Positions 1 to 9,536 of a DNA stretch of 61,275 nucleotides are shown here, piece after piece (position 1 is the stretch's first letter; the number at the start of each line of letters is the position of its first letter). This DNA comes from a virus (lineage: Duplodnaviria; Caudoviricetes): the IMG/VR virus record IMGVR_UViG_3300027769_000034, positions 1 to 61,275 of that record. The stretch is one strand, 5' to 3'. The notes beneath the pieces were generated by a model. The model was not told the origin of the DNA. It did no database searches and worked only from the letters and a program-made list of their open reading frames with translations. Made by a program: the position numbers and the translations under genes.

Positions 1-1157
1 ACCTGTGATACGCTAGAAGCGCTGCCATACGTTCCTGCCGTAACACCGCTGTTAGCGAGTGTCAAACCAGCCGTTACGTTGGCACTTCCGTCGAACGTCA
101 CCGTCCACGTCGCGTCTCCAGTGATGCTAATCGTGCGAGCCGCAGCAAGCTTGGTAGCGGTAGAGGCATTACCCGTAAGTTCACCCGTTACGTTAGCAAC
201 AAGGCGACCCAACGTGAGTCCAGATACCGTAGAGCTAGGCTCGGTAGTCGTGTGACCCAAAGTGAAGACAGCCTCACTTACAGAGCTTACAGACGCATCG
301 TAGAAGAACGTAGCGTACTTCGTTCCGCTGTTGACGTAGTTGCCGTAGAAACCGATATCGACACTATTCGCTACGTTAGCATTAGCATACTGCATCATAT
401 TGTCGCCAATAGATACAATCGTGCTATCAATCGTCGTCGTCGTTCCGTTTACGTCGAGGTTACCAGCAATCGTTACCGTTGACCCGTCGTCCGTAATGAT
501 TGAGTTTGCTAGTTGACCACTAGCAGTCGTCCACTTGACAACAGCATTGTTGGTAAGAGAACCCGCGTTCTTAAGGGCTACGTCGTCAGCGTTAACCGTG
601 ATACCCGTACCAGCACCAACCGTAAGCGTAGCACTTGCACCCAATGCAACAGTGCCACCACCCGTCAAACCAGCACCAGCGGTGTAGGTTACACTTGAGT
701 TCGTGAGTGAGCTATTGGGGATAGAGCCAAGCTGAAGGGTCGTTCCGCTGATGTTAATACCCGTTGCGGCAGAGACCTCAAGCCACTGAGAAGCACCAGC
801 TGAGTCGTCCCAAAAGAAGATTCGGTCAGCGTTAGGGTCAGTGAGGTTCTCAAGACCTAGGTGGTACAGCTGTACGTTATCGGGGTTAACCAAGATACCA
901 GTACCAGCGCCAACGGTGAGCGTTACCGAGCCACCTGCGCCGCCGCCAGTAAGACCATCTCCAGCGAGTACTTCTTGGATGTCACCCTTGATGTCAATCC
1001 ACGCAGTACCGTTCCAGAAGTACATCGTGTTTGCTGCGGTGTCATAGTAAATCTGTCCGCTAACTGGAGAAGTAGGGGCAGTGGCAAGGTTGTGGATTCG
1101 AGCGTTCTGGAGCTCGAGCTTACCAAGGTTTATGGATGATAGATACTGAATAGCCAT
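1..1157 (-). CDS. Tail fibre/spike protein, N-terminal part (runs off window start)
   Basis: Missing from the ORF track; manual translation from ATG 1157 gives MAIQYLSSINLGKLELQNARIHNLATAPTSPVSGQIYYDT...GNASTATKLAAARTI..., open to base 1; Gly/Thr-rich fibre-like repeats. Confidence 0.8.
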   Translation of the reverse strand, partial: MAIQYLSSINLGKLELQNARIHNLATAPTSPVSGQIYYDTAANTMYFWNGTAWIDIKGDIQEVLAGDGLTGGGAGGSVTLTVGAGTGILVNPDNVQLYHLGLENLTDPNADRIFFWDDSAGASQWLEVSAATGINISGTTLQLGSIPNSSLTNSSVTYTAGAGLTGGGTVALGASATLTVGAGTGITVNADDVALKNAGSLTNNAVVKWTTASGQLANSIITDDGSTVTIAGNLDVNGTTTTIDSTIVSIGDNMMQYANANVANSVDIGFYGNYVNSGTKYATFFYDASVSSVSEAVFTLGHTTTEPSSTVSGLTLGRLVANVTGELTGNASTATKLAAARTISITGDATWTVTFDGSANVTAGLTLANSGVTAGTYGSASSVSQ

Positions 1158-1162
1158 CTTGA

Positions 1163-1489
1163 TTAGTTAAAGTATGCCTTGCCGCTAAAGGCTCCGACAA
1201 AAGTTAAACGAACAGAGTTTGTGGTTAAATATTCAATCTCCCCCATAACAACGGTATCCGCTGAATCTACTACAACAACCGAAGGTTTCTTATTTAGGTT
1301 GTGTGTAACAGTCCATACCGCCTCGGGGGTTGATTGTGTGTGGGTGTAGTGGGCATCGCCTCCTCCTCCAGTTACTCCCTTAATAGAAACTGAGGTAGTT
1401 GGAGTTGGAATTACGACTGTTTTCTGAACAGTTGGTTGCTGAACAGTAACATTAATTTGGTCGCCAGTATTGATTGTTATATCGCTCAT
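1163..1489 (-). CDS. Small tail-associated structural protein
   Basis: WTVTHNLNKKPSVVVVD...GKAY beta-rich motif typical of phage tail accessory proteins; adjacent to fibre gene. Confidence 0.6.
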   Translation of the reverse strand: MSDITINTGDQINVTVQQPTVQKTVVIPTPTTSVSIKGVTGGGGDAHYTHTQSTPEAVWTVTHNLNKKPSVVVVDSADTVVMGEIEYLTTNSVRLTFVGAFSGKAYFN

Positions 1490-1848
1490 TCTGTTACGTC
1501 CTCATTAACCTTAAATGCTCCACGAATCCAGGTCTTTACTGAACCAGAATTAGTGCTCTGTAAATCATATACATACGTGCCTCCGGTTACTCCGGCCATA
1601 GTTGTTGCAGTAGCCGTAACAGTTAGAACACCTGATGCGTTTCCAGAGTAAGTGAAATCTGTGTCGTTCAGTATGGTAGTAGAAGCTTGGTCGTCGTTTC
1701 GGACGTCCATCTTCCAGGTGTAACCAGTCAAATCTAGAGCTGCACCCGCTTCATTCTTGAAAGTCAACTCGAGTCTAAACGAGTCTCCTCTGCGGCAAAT
1801 GATGTGGACCTTCTGAGAAGTATCTAGATTTATATAAGTGGCAGCCAT
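1486..1848 (-). CDS. Tail/baseplate adaptor-like protein (BppU-N-like)
   Basis: RGDSF...LDLTGYT...YVYDLQ...G.F.V pattern; tail module context. Confidence 0.55.
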   Translation of the reverse strand: MAATYINLDTSQKVHIICRRGDSFRLELTFKNEAGAALDLTGYTWKMDVRNDDQASTTILNDTDFTYSGNASGVLTVTATATTMAGVTGGTYVYDLQSTNSGSVKTWIRGAFKVNEDVTE

Positions 1849-1852
1849 ATTG

Positions 1853-1860
1853 CAAATTTA
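1853..1860 (-). promoter_or_regulatory. Bacteroidota -7 promoter box
   Basis: TAAATTTG followed by 4 nt then ATG 1848. Confidence 0.65.
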
Positions 1861-1866
1861 TATCTT

Positions 1867-4314
1867 TTAATCAAGCCCAGATAGCAGTGAACTTACCACG
1901 TCCTGACCTTCTTCTGCTTGTAGCTCACCACGTTGTCCTTGGCGCTGAGAAATCAATTTGCTCTGCTCAACAGCTTGCTTCTTGATTCTTTCGTCTTTGG
2001 CTTTCTCTCTATTTGACTCGAGGTCCTGCTTAACACCAGACTCAATTTCTTGCTGCTGGATATCAAACGCACCCTGCACTTTAGCAAGTTCTGTCTTCAG
2101 CTGGTATTCGAGTTTCAACAGCTCAGCTTTTACAGTAGCTTCAATCTTCATCTTCTCAATCTCGAGAGATGCCTTAATCTGTTCTTCTTGAGACTTAGCC
2201 TCACTGGTTGCCTGTGCTACAGAAGCATTAGCCTGTGCTTGGAACTGAGAGTTCTGCTGAGCCAACATCTGCTGTTGCTTGATTCTTTTCTTGCGACGAA
2301 CAATAAGAAGCTGCTCGGCCTGATTAACGTCCTTTAGTCTGCGGATAGCTATAGCGTCCTCGAGGTCAATCTCCTTCTGGAGAAGTGACTGCTGAATGTT
2401 AGCTTCAAGATAAGCCTTGTCAGCGTCTTCCATTTCAGCTACCACTCTTACGCCGAAGTTATACATCGGAAGCTCAGCGAATGACGAAATGACATCCATA
2501 TTAGAAGTACCGATGGCCTTTTCGTATGTGCGGTACAGAACACTATCCTTAGGAATAATCTGTAGGCATCTTACGATGTCGTCGCACACCTTCTTGAACA
2601 GCACCATTGATGCGTTCGTGATGTCGTACGTAGCATTATTTGAAGCCTCGATGGCCTGCTGACGTACGCCAACCAGTGCCTCACCTTTCGGAGTAGAACC
2701 GTCAACAACCTCGTTTAGACCCGTGGAGTCACGAATCATTCGAAGGTAGTGGTTGTATAGGTTAATCAGCTCGTTGATGTTACGAATCTGGTTATTGATT
2801 TCTCTAATCGGAGGGTTCTGGAATCCTCCTTCTGGATTCTTAGAGCGGTAGTAGAATACACCAGTCTGCTCGTAGATATCTTGAATCTCCAGAGGCTGAA
2901 GCTCTCCGCCACGTCCTAGTTGTACGTTCTCCAGGCCTTCGATATCAATCATAAGACCATCTGGCTTAGCCTTAGCAATAGCCTGCTGAATCTTAAGGTG
3001 AGTAATCTGTAGCTGGTCAGCAAAGCTCTTAATCATAGATACCATAGACTTAGGTATCATACGCCTGAGGTTTACTGCTACAACACTGTAGCTGAGTCTA
3101 GCGCGAGTAAGGTCGTGTACGTTTCTAGGGATATTCTTCTTTACTCCGTAATCGAACAAGAACTCAGTTCCGATAACGTATTTACCACCGTAGATAGTGG
3201 TGGTCTGCATACGGTACGGCTTTCTGTCGTAAACGCTCTCACGTGGTGGCTCGTATTTGAATCCTTTGTAGTAAAATCCAACATTTCCGAAGCGTGACTC
3301 TTTCTCCTCAAAGTAGATGTCGTCTACTGAGACGAATTCAAAATCGAGAACTTCAACAATGAACTCGTCGTATCCGTACGCAACAGACTGAAGATTCTTG
3401 TCGTAGTAAGACTGAGTTAGACGGCTAGGATTGTTGTTGAACTTGTATTGAACCATCGTAGCCAGCTTCTGGTACTGCTCCTCATTAAACTGGTCTCCAG
3501 CCATACGCTTAAGCTCCATAATGCTCATACGACGTACGTGTCCGGCGTAGATAAGGTCAGACATATTCGGGTCCTCAGTGTAGCTGTGGATGAAGTATGC
3601 CGGGTCTACATAGTTGGTGCTGATTCCGTGATTCGGGTCGTTCTCTCTCTTTACAACAGCCATACCCAAAGACACGAGGTCCTCTACGTTACGGCGGTAG
3701 ATTCTCTCACCGAACTCATTCCAGCTCAGCGTAAGTTCAGTTGCGATTTGAGTTGCAATTTCGCTAGCTACCTTGATGTTCGTGTCAAGGAAAATCTCAG
3801 CTTCTTCAACGGAATCAGGAAGGGACTCAACGTCAAAGCCAGTAGAGACTCCAACCTGCTCAAGTTCAGCGAGGATAGGCTTAAGCTCAACTCCAGCTCT
3901 AATCTCAGACTTGCGCTTCTCCTTCTCTGAAATAGAAAGCGGGTCAACAGCCTCAATGTTTGGGTAAGGGTTTCTAGATAGAATCTTGTTTACTACAATC
4001 TTAACGAACTTCGGCACAATGGGGACTGGAGACCAGTCGATATTAAGAAGCGTGCCGTCGCCGTTGTTCGGGTCTAGCGAGTTAAGAATCTGCTTGTAGA
4101 TAGCAGTATCCTGCGTTCCGTTAGCATAATCTCTATTGTTTTCAAACTCCTTGAGTCGACGACGGAAAAGACTGCCCTCATCATCCGGGCGACCCCATTG
4201 GGTCTCAATGCTTTTTGCGTACTGGAGCCCGTAATCTTTCGACTGCTTGACCTCAAACGGAGCAAGCGGGTCTGGAAAGTTATTAATCGGATTCGGATTC
4301 TTTCCGTTGTACAT
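1867..4314 (-). CDS. Portal protein
   Basis: 815 aa directly downstream of terminase; DWSPVPIVPKFV motif and coiled-coil C-terminus as in Bacteroidota podovirus portals. Confidence 0.85.
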   Translation of the reverse strand: MYNGKNPNPINNFPDPLAPFEVKQSKDYGLQYAKSIETQWGRPDDEGSLFRRRLKEFENNRDYANGTQDTAIYKQILNSLDPNNGDGTLLNIDWSPVPIVPKFVKIVVNKILSRNPYPNIEAVDPLSISEKEKRKSEIRAGVELKPILAELEQVGVSTGFDVESLPDSVEEAEIFLDTNIKVASEIATQIATELTLSWNEFGERIYRRNVEDLVSLGMAVVKRENDPNHGISTNYVDPAYFIHSYTEDPNMSDLIYAGHVRRMSIMELKRMAGDQFNEEQYQKLATMVQYKFNNNPSRLTQSYYDKNLQSVAYGYDEFIVEVLDFEFVSVDDIYFEEKESRFGNVGFYYKGFKYEPPRESVYDRKPYRMQTTTIYGGKYVIGTEFLFDYGVKKNIPRNVHDLTRARLSYSVVAVNLRRMIPKSMVSMIKSFADQLQITHLKIQQAIAKAKPDGLMIDIEGLENVQLGRGGELQPLEIQDIYEQTGVFYYRSKNPEGGFQNPPIREINNQIRNINELINLYNHYLRMIRDSTGLNEVVDGSTPKGEALVGVRQQAIEASNNATYDITNASMVLFKKVCDDIVRCLQIIPKDSVLYRTYEKAIGTSNMDVISSFAELPMYNFGVRVVAEMEDADKAYLEANIQQSLLQKEIDLEDAIAIRRLKDVNQAEQLLIVRRKKRIKQQQMLAQQNSQFQAQANASVAQATSEAKSQEEQIKASLEIEKMKIEATVKAELLKLEYQLKTELAKVQGAFDIQQQEIESGVKQDLESNREKAKDERIKKQAVEQSKLISQRQGQRGELQAEEGQDVVSSLLSGLD

Positions 4315-4367
4315 AGAATAATTACTTTATATAGCAGATTATGCTTTCAAATGCAAATATAATTCAA

Positions 4368-6491
4368 TTAGAAACGCGGCTTATATCGTCTAAAGAACAC
4401 CTTGTCAGACATATTGCTTGCCTGTTTTTGCTTCACAATTGTCTGTGCACCGAGCAGAGCAAGACCCGAACTAATGGTCAAGTCAAACTTTGTACGGTCG
4501 CTAATTTTGTATCCAATCCAGTCCTCTAGTGTCCTATCCAGATACATCTTACCGTACTCGTCAGCGTCCTGATTGTATCCAACGTGCTCGTGAATGTACG
4601 CTTCGATAGCCTGTGCGTGTGCCTGTATAAACTCCTGCGAGTTTGACGGGACACCCTTTGTCCTTACGTTACCACGCTGGTTTGGCGGAGTTAAATGCTC
4701 CGGCCTATCCATAATGTAGTTGTCGTAACCTCTTGATTCAAAGTACCTTACTATACCGTATTTGTTGTTTTCCACTAGCAGTGGGTAGCCGTAGTACACT
4801 GCCGCCATAAGAACGTCTTCATAGAATAGCCTAGCAAGCGGAGGACGCTCAGCATACTCAAGCACGAATCTGTTGCTCGGGTAGTTCATATTGAACTTGT
4901 TGAACAAATGGAACGCTCCCTTAGAGCCTCTTCCGTCTGCAGTCTCGTCAATGTCATAGGAGTCAACTCCTCCAACTCCAATGTGTAAGTTTCCTGGAGC
5001 TCGCTTACCGTTTACGATAGATTGCTTATTTGACTCCTCAAACGGCATAAGCCAGGAGACGTAGAACTTACCGTTCTTGTCTGGAGTAAAAACGACTTTA
5101 GAGTCCTGCTGACCGTTTGCCCAGATGAAGTTACCACGAACAACTGGAGACGGGAACAGATTAGAGTTATGACCAATCTGCTCGTAAATCTTGCTGATGT
5201 TGAAGTGAGACGTTTTTGTGGAGTCTCTGAATGCTTCTTCCTCTGTCCACGGGAACTGACGGATAACTTCGTTTAGTTCGTACGGGTCGCTCATCAGAGC
5301 CTTGCGCTCATTCTGAAGATACGTCTTCGCTCCAATCTTAGTGATATCACCCTCCATAGTGTTAATTGGAGTCTTCGGGTCGTTCACTATAGGTAAACCA
5401 TACTTGTCGAAGAAACCCTCCAGTGCCTCGTATGCCGGGATGAATATCTTGTATAATCCAGACTTTGTTCTTCCGTTCTCGTTTCTTTTCTTTGGGTCAG
5501 AGTCGTAGTATAGCTTTCTGAAGTTAGCGCCACCTTTATCTAGCGGGTTAACAGTAGAACCAACCAATGCCTTACCTACAACCTTCTTACCGACCAATAG
5601 ACAAGTCCTATGGATTCGCCATAGCTCGTTTACGTCAATTGGGTTTTCATACTTACCGGATTCGTCAAGAAACAGAACGTGAAGCTTCTCACCGTCGTAT
5701 GCGTTATTCACCGTGTTCTTCCAGTTGATTACGGTATCAAGCGCCGCGGTATTGATTACGGCCTTGTTGTTTTTGGTGATTCTCTTTGACGGCTCGCGGA
5801 ACGCAAGTTCCATACGTGGGTTCGTCGTACCATCCTGTACTGGCTTAAAGAAGAATGGGTAACTACGGAACATAGGGAACACCTTCTTCATAAAGACGTT
5901 TTCCTGAGCGTCCTTACCCGTCTTTGAAATTATGCCGAGCAGCTTCTCAGCCACCTGCGTGCCTTCGTCTACAAGGATAGCAGATGATACGTTGGTATAT
6001 CCAGAACGACGACACTTTACGTACACCTGCCCAACAGCTCGCGGGTCGGACTCGCAAGCAGCATAGTGTATGAATAGTTTTCGCTGGAAGTCTAAATAGC
6101 TAGCATATCCAATATCCATCTTGCTCCACTGAAGCAACATATAATGGTGTCCGGTTATGTATGTTGGTGTACCATTATTGTAGAACCAAACGCCCTTCCT
6201 TCTTCTATTGAACTCTCGCTCAATGAATGGAGTGTATCTGTCACGGAACTCTTTTGGAGTTTCCATCCATTCGTCCATCGTCTTGATTCGCTCAATCTCT
6301 TTTGGAACAGGTAGCCTAGTCCAGTGCTGTTGCTCTGTTGGCTTGTCGTGGAATAGTATGTCCTCCTTGTCCGGAAGAGCTGGAAGCTGAATGAAGAGTC
6401 CTGAAATCTCAATGATTTCTCCTTCTGTGTTATCAGCACAGATGTTGATTACGAAGTCATCGTAACCCTTTACGTCTTTAATTCCAGACAT
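4368..6491 (-). CDS. terL: Terminase large subunit
   Basis: Walker A-like KCRRSGYT, Walker B LFLDESGK, nuclease GGVDSYD and FDLTISSGLAL. Confidence 0.93.
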   Translation of the reverse strand: MSGIKDVKGYDDFVINICADNTEGEIIEISGLFIQLPALPDKEDILFHDKPTEQQHWTRLPVPKEIERIKTMDEWMETPKEFRDRYTPFIEREFNRRRKGVWFYNNGTPTYITGHHYMLLQWSKMDIGYASYLDFQRKLFIHYAACESDPRAVGQVYVKCRRSGYTNVSSAILVDEGTQVAEKLLGIISKTGKDAQENVFMKKVFPMFRSYPFFFKPVQDGTTNPRMELAFREPSKRITKNNKAVINTAALDTVINWKNTVNNAYDGEKLHVLFLDESGKYENPIDVNELWRIHRTCLLVGKKVVGKALVGSTVNPLDKGGANFRKLYYDSDPKKRNENGRTKSGLYKIFIPAYEALEGFFDKYGLPIVNDPKTPINTMEGDITKIGAKTYLQNERKALMSDPYELNEVIRQFPWTEEEAFRDSTKTSHFNISKIYEQIGHNSNLFPSPVVRGNFIWANGQQDSKVVFTPDKNGKFYVSWLMPFEESNKQSIVNGKRAPGNLHIGVGGVDSYDIDETADGRGSKGAFHLFNKFNMNYPSNRFVLEYAERPPLARLFYEDVLMAAVYYGYPLLVENNKYGIVRYFESRGYDNYIMDRPEHLTPPNQRGNVRTKGVPSNSQEFIQAHAQAIEAYIHEHVGYNQDADEYGKMYLDRTLEDWIGYKISDRTKFDLTISSGLALLGAQTIVKQKQASNMSDKVFFRRYKPRF

Positions 6492-6784
6492 TACTTCCTA
6501 AATCTTTCAGCGAATCCACCAGAGAAGTCATTCTGCTCAGAGATAGAGTCATTGTCTTCAAGGTCCTTAATCATCTGCTCCAACCGTTGTCTTTCTTGCA
6601 ATAGTTCACGAGCGTCGATGACCGACTGCTTGATACTCTGTAGCTCAGCTTTGCGCTGAGAGCCAGAGAGCTCTTCGTCGACAGGCTTCTGTACCTCTTC
6701 GATGATATTATTGATTGCCGTTTCTGTAGCTTTTAATAGTCTACGTGTGGCATCAATCGTTGTGAACAGTATCTTCTTCGACAT
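6491..6784 (-). CDS. Possible terminase small subunit
   Basis: Small helical protein translationally coupled upstream of terL; call is positional. Confidence 0.45.
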   Translation of the reverse strand: MSKKILFTTIDATRRLLKATETAINNIIEEVQKPVDEELSGSQRKAELQSIKQSVIDARELLQERQRLEQMIKDLEDNDSISEQNDFSGGFAERFRK

Positions 6785-7334
6785 ATAGAATCTCTTCAAT
6801 TAGCATACGAAGCAGTGTCTCTCCTTCAACTTCAATCTCGTAATCGGCATTTGTACCGTAACCAACCGTTGCTCCAACCTTAATGTTCTCGTCGTCTAGC
6901 TTTGGATGGCTGTAGGCGAGGGTTCCCTTTGGCTGACGCTTCTCCTCTTGAGTGATTATAAGAACGCTGGACTTAACCTCCTGCTCTTTAATCTCTCTCA
7001 AGAATACCCAGTCACCAAGCATATGGATGCCGGACTCGTTTTTGTAGGCGATTGCGTGATTTGAGTACTTACCAGCTGGGTCGTACATAACCAAGTAGTT
7101 ACCGTCCTGTATATCGAACACAGGATTCATAACGACGTGGTGATGGAAGTAGAGCGTGTCACCGACCTTGGCGCCAGTATTTACTCGCTCAGGAACAGCT
7201 ACGATGGTACCGCTAGTGATTCTATTGGCGAACTCATCAAACTTAGAGGCCAAGTACAGCGTCTTACCTCCTACTTCAATAGTGTCCTTGAACTTCTTCG
7301 GAAGCTCAATAATAAAATTATTAAGTGGTTTCAT
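6753..7334 (-). CDS. GroES-like co-chaperonin (tandem domain)
   Basis: MKPL...GTIVAVP...KVGDTLYF and a second KVGATVGY...YEIEVEGETL...EIL unit. Confidence 0.65.
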   Translation of the reverse strand: MKPLNNFIIELPKKFKDTIEVGGKTLYLASKFDEFANRITSGTIVAVPERVNTGAKVGDTLYFHHHVVMNPVFDIQDGNYLVMYDPAGKYSNHAIAYKNESGIHMLGDWVFLREIKEQEVKSSVLIITQEEKRQPKGTLAYSHPKLDDENIKVGATVGYGTNADYEIEVEGETLLRMLIEEILYVEEDTVHND

Positions 7335-7364
7335 ATTTAATTAATTAAAATTCAGAGCTTTACG

Positions 7365-7601
7365 CTATTCGAAGTGGCAGTCGTTTTCTTCGATTACCGG
7401 CATATTCCACACTCTCTTCCACAGGACAGTGCCGTTTGGAGTAGAGATGTAAATCTTGTAGCACTTGTCTCCTTTGGTTTCGTATAGCCTTTCGTCGAAC
7501 TCGATTGCAGCGATGGTTCCATTGCCTGCTTTCATATCGACTACGTATGCCATTGCATCCTTCGGGTTTTGCCCGATGATGATTTTTCTAATGATATTCA
7601 T
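7365..7601 (-). CDS. Hypothetical protein
   Basis: MNIIRKIIIG..., in co-oriented operon. Confidence 0.7.
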   Translation of the reverse strand: MNIIRKIIIGQNPKDAMAYVVDMKAGNGTIAAIEFDERLYETKGDKCYKIYISTPNGTVLWKRVWNMPVIEENDCHFE

Positions 7602-7602
7602 A

Positions 7603-7911
7603 TTAGTTCTTGTACTTATTTGGGTCTCCCCCAAACAGCTTAATCCAGAAGTCTACGCTCTTTGGTTCGTCCAGCTTTAGTTTAACTGATTCATACAACG
7701 AGCTTGAAATCTCCTCGAATTCATCGAGGTCAGAGACATTCGTAGCGAACGAGATTTCCAACTCATCGTCTAGCTCTCCCTCAATGTATCTACCTACAGC
7801 AAGAACTGAGAAGAACTCACCTTCGGCGTCATTCTCATAGATGAAGTCCTGGAGTTCTGCAAAGCGTCTGTGCACCTCGCTGTAGAACTCATTGGCTTGT
7901 TCTTCGTTCAT
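7603..7911 (-). CDS. Hypothetical acidic protein
   Basis: ORF preceded by TATCTTTG box (7945-7952, minus). Confidence 0.7.
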   Translation of the reverse strand: MNEEQANEFYSEVHRRFAELQDFIYENDAEGEFFSVLAVGRYIEGELDDELEISFATNVSDLDEFEEISSSLYESVKLKLDEPKSVDFWIKLFGGDPNKYKN

Positions 7912-7956
7912 TGTGTCGTAATTTGAGTTGTTACTAAACTACGACAAAGATACCAA

Positions 7957-8187
7957 TTACTTTTTTGAGCGATTTCTGCGTGCTGAAATCATTTTCTGCT
8001 CGTCGTGGTCGTAATCGAGGCCGTCGCCATTGCCATATGTTCCGGCTTGACGATTTTTTTTGTTTAAGTACGCCCGGTACTTCTTTCGGTCTTCCGACTT
8101 ATTGTATTCACGCTGATACTTACGACGCTTCTCAGCGGCGTCTGGGTTCTCGTCGTAGAACTTAGCGGTCTTACTTCTTGCTTTCAC
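7957..8187 (-). CDS. Small basic protein
   Basis: GTG start giving (M)KARSKTAKFY..., overlaps stop of upstream ORF. Confidence 0.6.
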   Translation of the reverse strand: MKARSKTAKFYDENPDAAEKRRKYQREYNKSEDRKKYRAYLNKKNRQAGTYGNGDGLDYDHDEQKMISARRNRSKK

Positions 8188-8323
8188 GCTTAATTTTCTT
8201 TTCTTGCTCGAGCATCTCCTTGGTCGGAGCTTTGCCAGAACCCTTATTTGCGCGGATGTTATCCCAAAGTCCTCTCTGAGAGTATGTGCCGTCAGCACGC
8301 TTAATCATCTTCTTAGCCTTCAT
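8171..8323 (-). CDS. Small basic protein, MKAKK type (50 aa)
   Basis: Manual translation MKAKKMIKRADGTYSQRGLWDNIRANKGSGKAPTKEMLEQEKKIKRESKK; TGATG coupling. Confidence 0.7.
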   Translation of the reverse strand: MKAKKMIKRADGTYSQRGLWDNIRANKGSGKAPTKEMLEQEKKIKRESKK

Positions 8324-8487
8324 CAGTGAGCGGTTTTAATGCGGAACGAAGCTTCGAGTGAAGCTCCTTCGTGAGGAACAAATTTACCTTCGTGGGCCAT
8401 AAGATAATAACGGCCCTTCTCCATCATCCAGTGGTATCCTTCTGGAGCGGTGACCATCATCTTATCGTTTTTCTTTCTGGCTTTCAT
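8323..8487 (-). CDS. Small protein, MKARKK type (54 aa)
   Basis: Manual translation MKARKKNDKMMVTAPEGYHWM...; ATGA coupling. Confidence 0.7.
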   Translation of the reverse strand: MKARKKNDKMMVTAPEGYHWMMEKGRYYLMAHEGKFVPHEGASLEASFRIKTAH

Positions 8488-8600
8488 TTTCGAACAACCT
8501 TAAGCTTTCCATCTTTCTCGTATACCTTCATACCGGCTTCCTCGGCTTGGCGCTTGATGGAGTTGTACTTCTGGGTAACGGTCATCTTCTTAGCTTTCAT
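8484..8600 (-). CDS. Small basic protein, MKAKK type (38 aa)
   Basis: Manual translation MKAKKMTVTQKYNSIKRQAEEAGMKVYEKDGKLKVVRK. Confidence 0.65.
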   Translation of the reverse strand: MKAKKMTVTQKYNSIKRQAEEAGMKVYEKDGKLKVVRK

Positions 8601-8712
8601 TGCTGAGCTTATTAAGAATTTCAAAATTCTTTACTCCGACAGCGATTCTGTCCTTGCTCACGCGCTTAATGCCGTTGTTATTAAACGCCCGCTTCTTTGC
8701 TGACTTCGCCAC
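8590..8712 (-). CDS. Small basic protein (40 aa)
   Basis: GTG start (M)AKSAKKRAFNNNGIKRVSK...; fills the gap between neighbours. Confidence 0.45.
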   Translation of the reverse strand: MAKSAKKRAFNNNGIKRVSKDRIAVGVKNFEILNKLSNES

Positions 8713-8875
8713 CTTTAGATATATAAGTGATTAGATGCTTTACGTCCTGATGGAATACTACCCTATCGTAGATTCCGTTGAAGTAGTCTAGATAGAAATC
8801 ACGGGGTATCGCAGCCCACAACTCACGATATGGGTTGTAGTGGAACACGTACCCTATGAGTTCCTCATTCTTCAT
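8681..8875 (-). CDS. Hypothetical protein
   Basis: 64 aa, YVFHYNPY...WAAIPR; overlaps neighbours. Confidence 0.65.
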   Translation of the reverse strand: MKNEELIGYVFHYNPYRELWAAIPRDFYLDYFNGIYDRVVFHQDVKHLITYISKGGEVSKEAGV

Positions 8876-9041
8876 CTTCGTAGAAGCAAGCTTTTACTTT
8901 GTAGTGCGTAGGCATCTTAGAGCCAGCCTTTACAGCTGCCTGAAGTTGCTTAACGGCCTCCATTAAGTCCATAGACTTGATTTCTACCTCGGCTCCAGAC
9001 TCTTCCATCTTACCGCCGCCGTTGTACTTTTTCGCTTTCAT
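8865..9041 (-). CDS. Small protein, MKAKK type
   Basis: MKAKKYNGGGK...; TATTTTTG box 4 nt before the ATG. Confidence 0.7.
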   Translation of the reverse strand: MKAKKYNGGGKMEESGAEVEIKSMDLMEAVKQLQAAVKAGSKMPTHYKVKACFYEDEE

Positions 9042-9072
9042 ACAACAAAAATAAAAAAATTTTGCATTGCCT

Positions 9073-9104
9073 CTTGACAAGGCCTCCACGATGTCGTATA
9101 CTTG
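9073..9104 (+). promoter_or_regulatory. Promoter for 9131 gene
   Basis: cTTG(ACA)-20 nt-TATACTTG, close to the -33/-7 consensus. Confidence 0.55.
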
Positions 9105-9130
9105 TATCAGAAACTAACGACTTACTAACA

Positions 9131-9502
9131 ATGAAGAACATCATCCTAACCATCGCAAGCGTCCTCGCCTTCACGGCACAGGCTCAAGAAAACTTCAAGT
9201 CAAACATTGAGTTCTACGGACACCAGTACAAGAGAGTAGAATACACCGGCAACTTTGCCAAGTGGGTAATCGACGAGGAAAAGAGCTGGTATCTGGCTCC
9301 TGACAGTACCACTAGTCAGCTGATGACGGTCCAAGAGTGGGAAGTGTCTCGCCGGGCGCTAAAGGCAAACGGATTCAACGAGATTGACCCGAAGTACTAC
9401 TGGAACCCAAATACTAAAACAGTAGTTATGCTGGTGGCCGGCCGCCACGAGCGAACAGGGTTACTCCACGTGTCTACTGAATACGGAACGGATATCCGAT
9501 AA
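9131..9502 (+). CDS. Secreted/periplasmic protein (moron-like)
   Basis: Signal peptide MKNIILTIASVLAFTAQA|Q; own promoter and terminator; opposite strand to neighbours. Confidence 0.75.
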   Translation: MKNIILTIASVLAFTAQAQENFKSNIEFYGHQYKRVEYTGNFAKWVIDEEKSWYLAPDSTTSQLMTVQEWEVSRRALKANGFNEIDPKYYWNPNTKTVVMLVAGRHERTGLLHVSTEYGTDIR

Positions 9503-9536
9503 AAAGAGAGAGGGGCCTGAGCCCCTCTTTTTTTTT
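9503..9536. terminator. Intrinsic terminator, probably bidirectional
   Basis: A-tract, AGAGGGGC-ctga-GCCCCTCT, T-tract between convergent genes. Confidence 0.85.

Noticed and set aside
252-1139. Plus-strand ORFs here and similar short antisense ORFs throughout the ORF track
   Set aside because: They are shadows of longer, motif-bearing genes on the opposite strand or frame.
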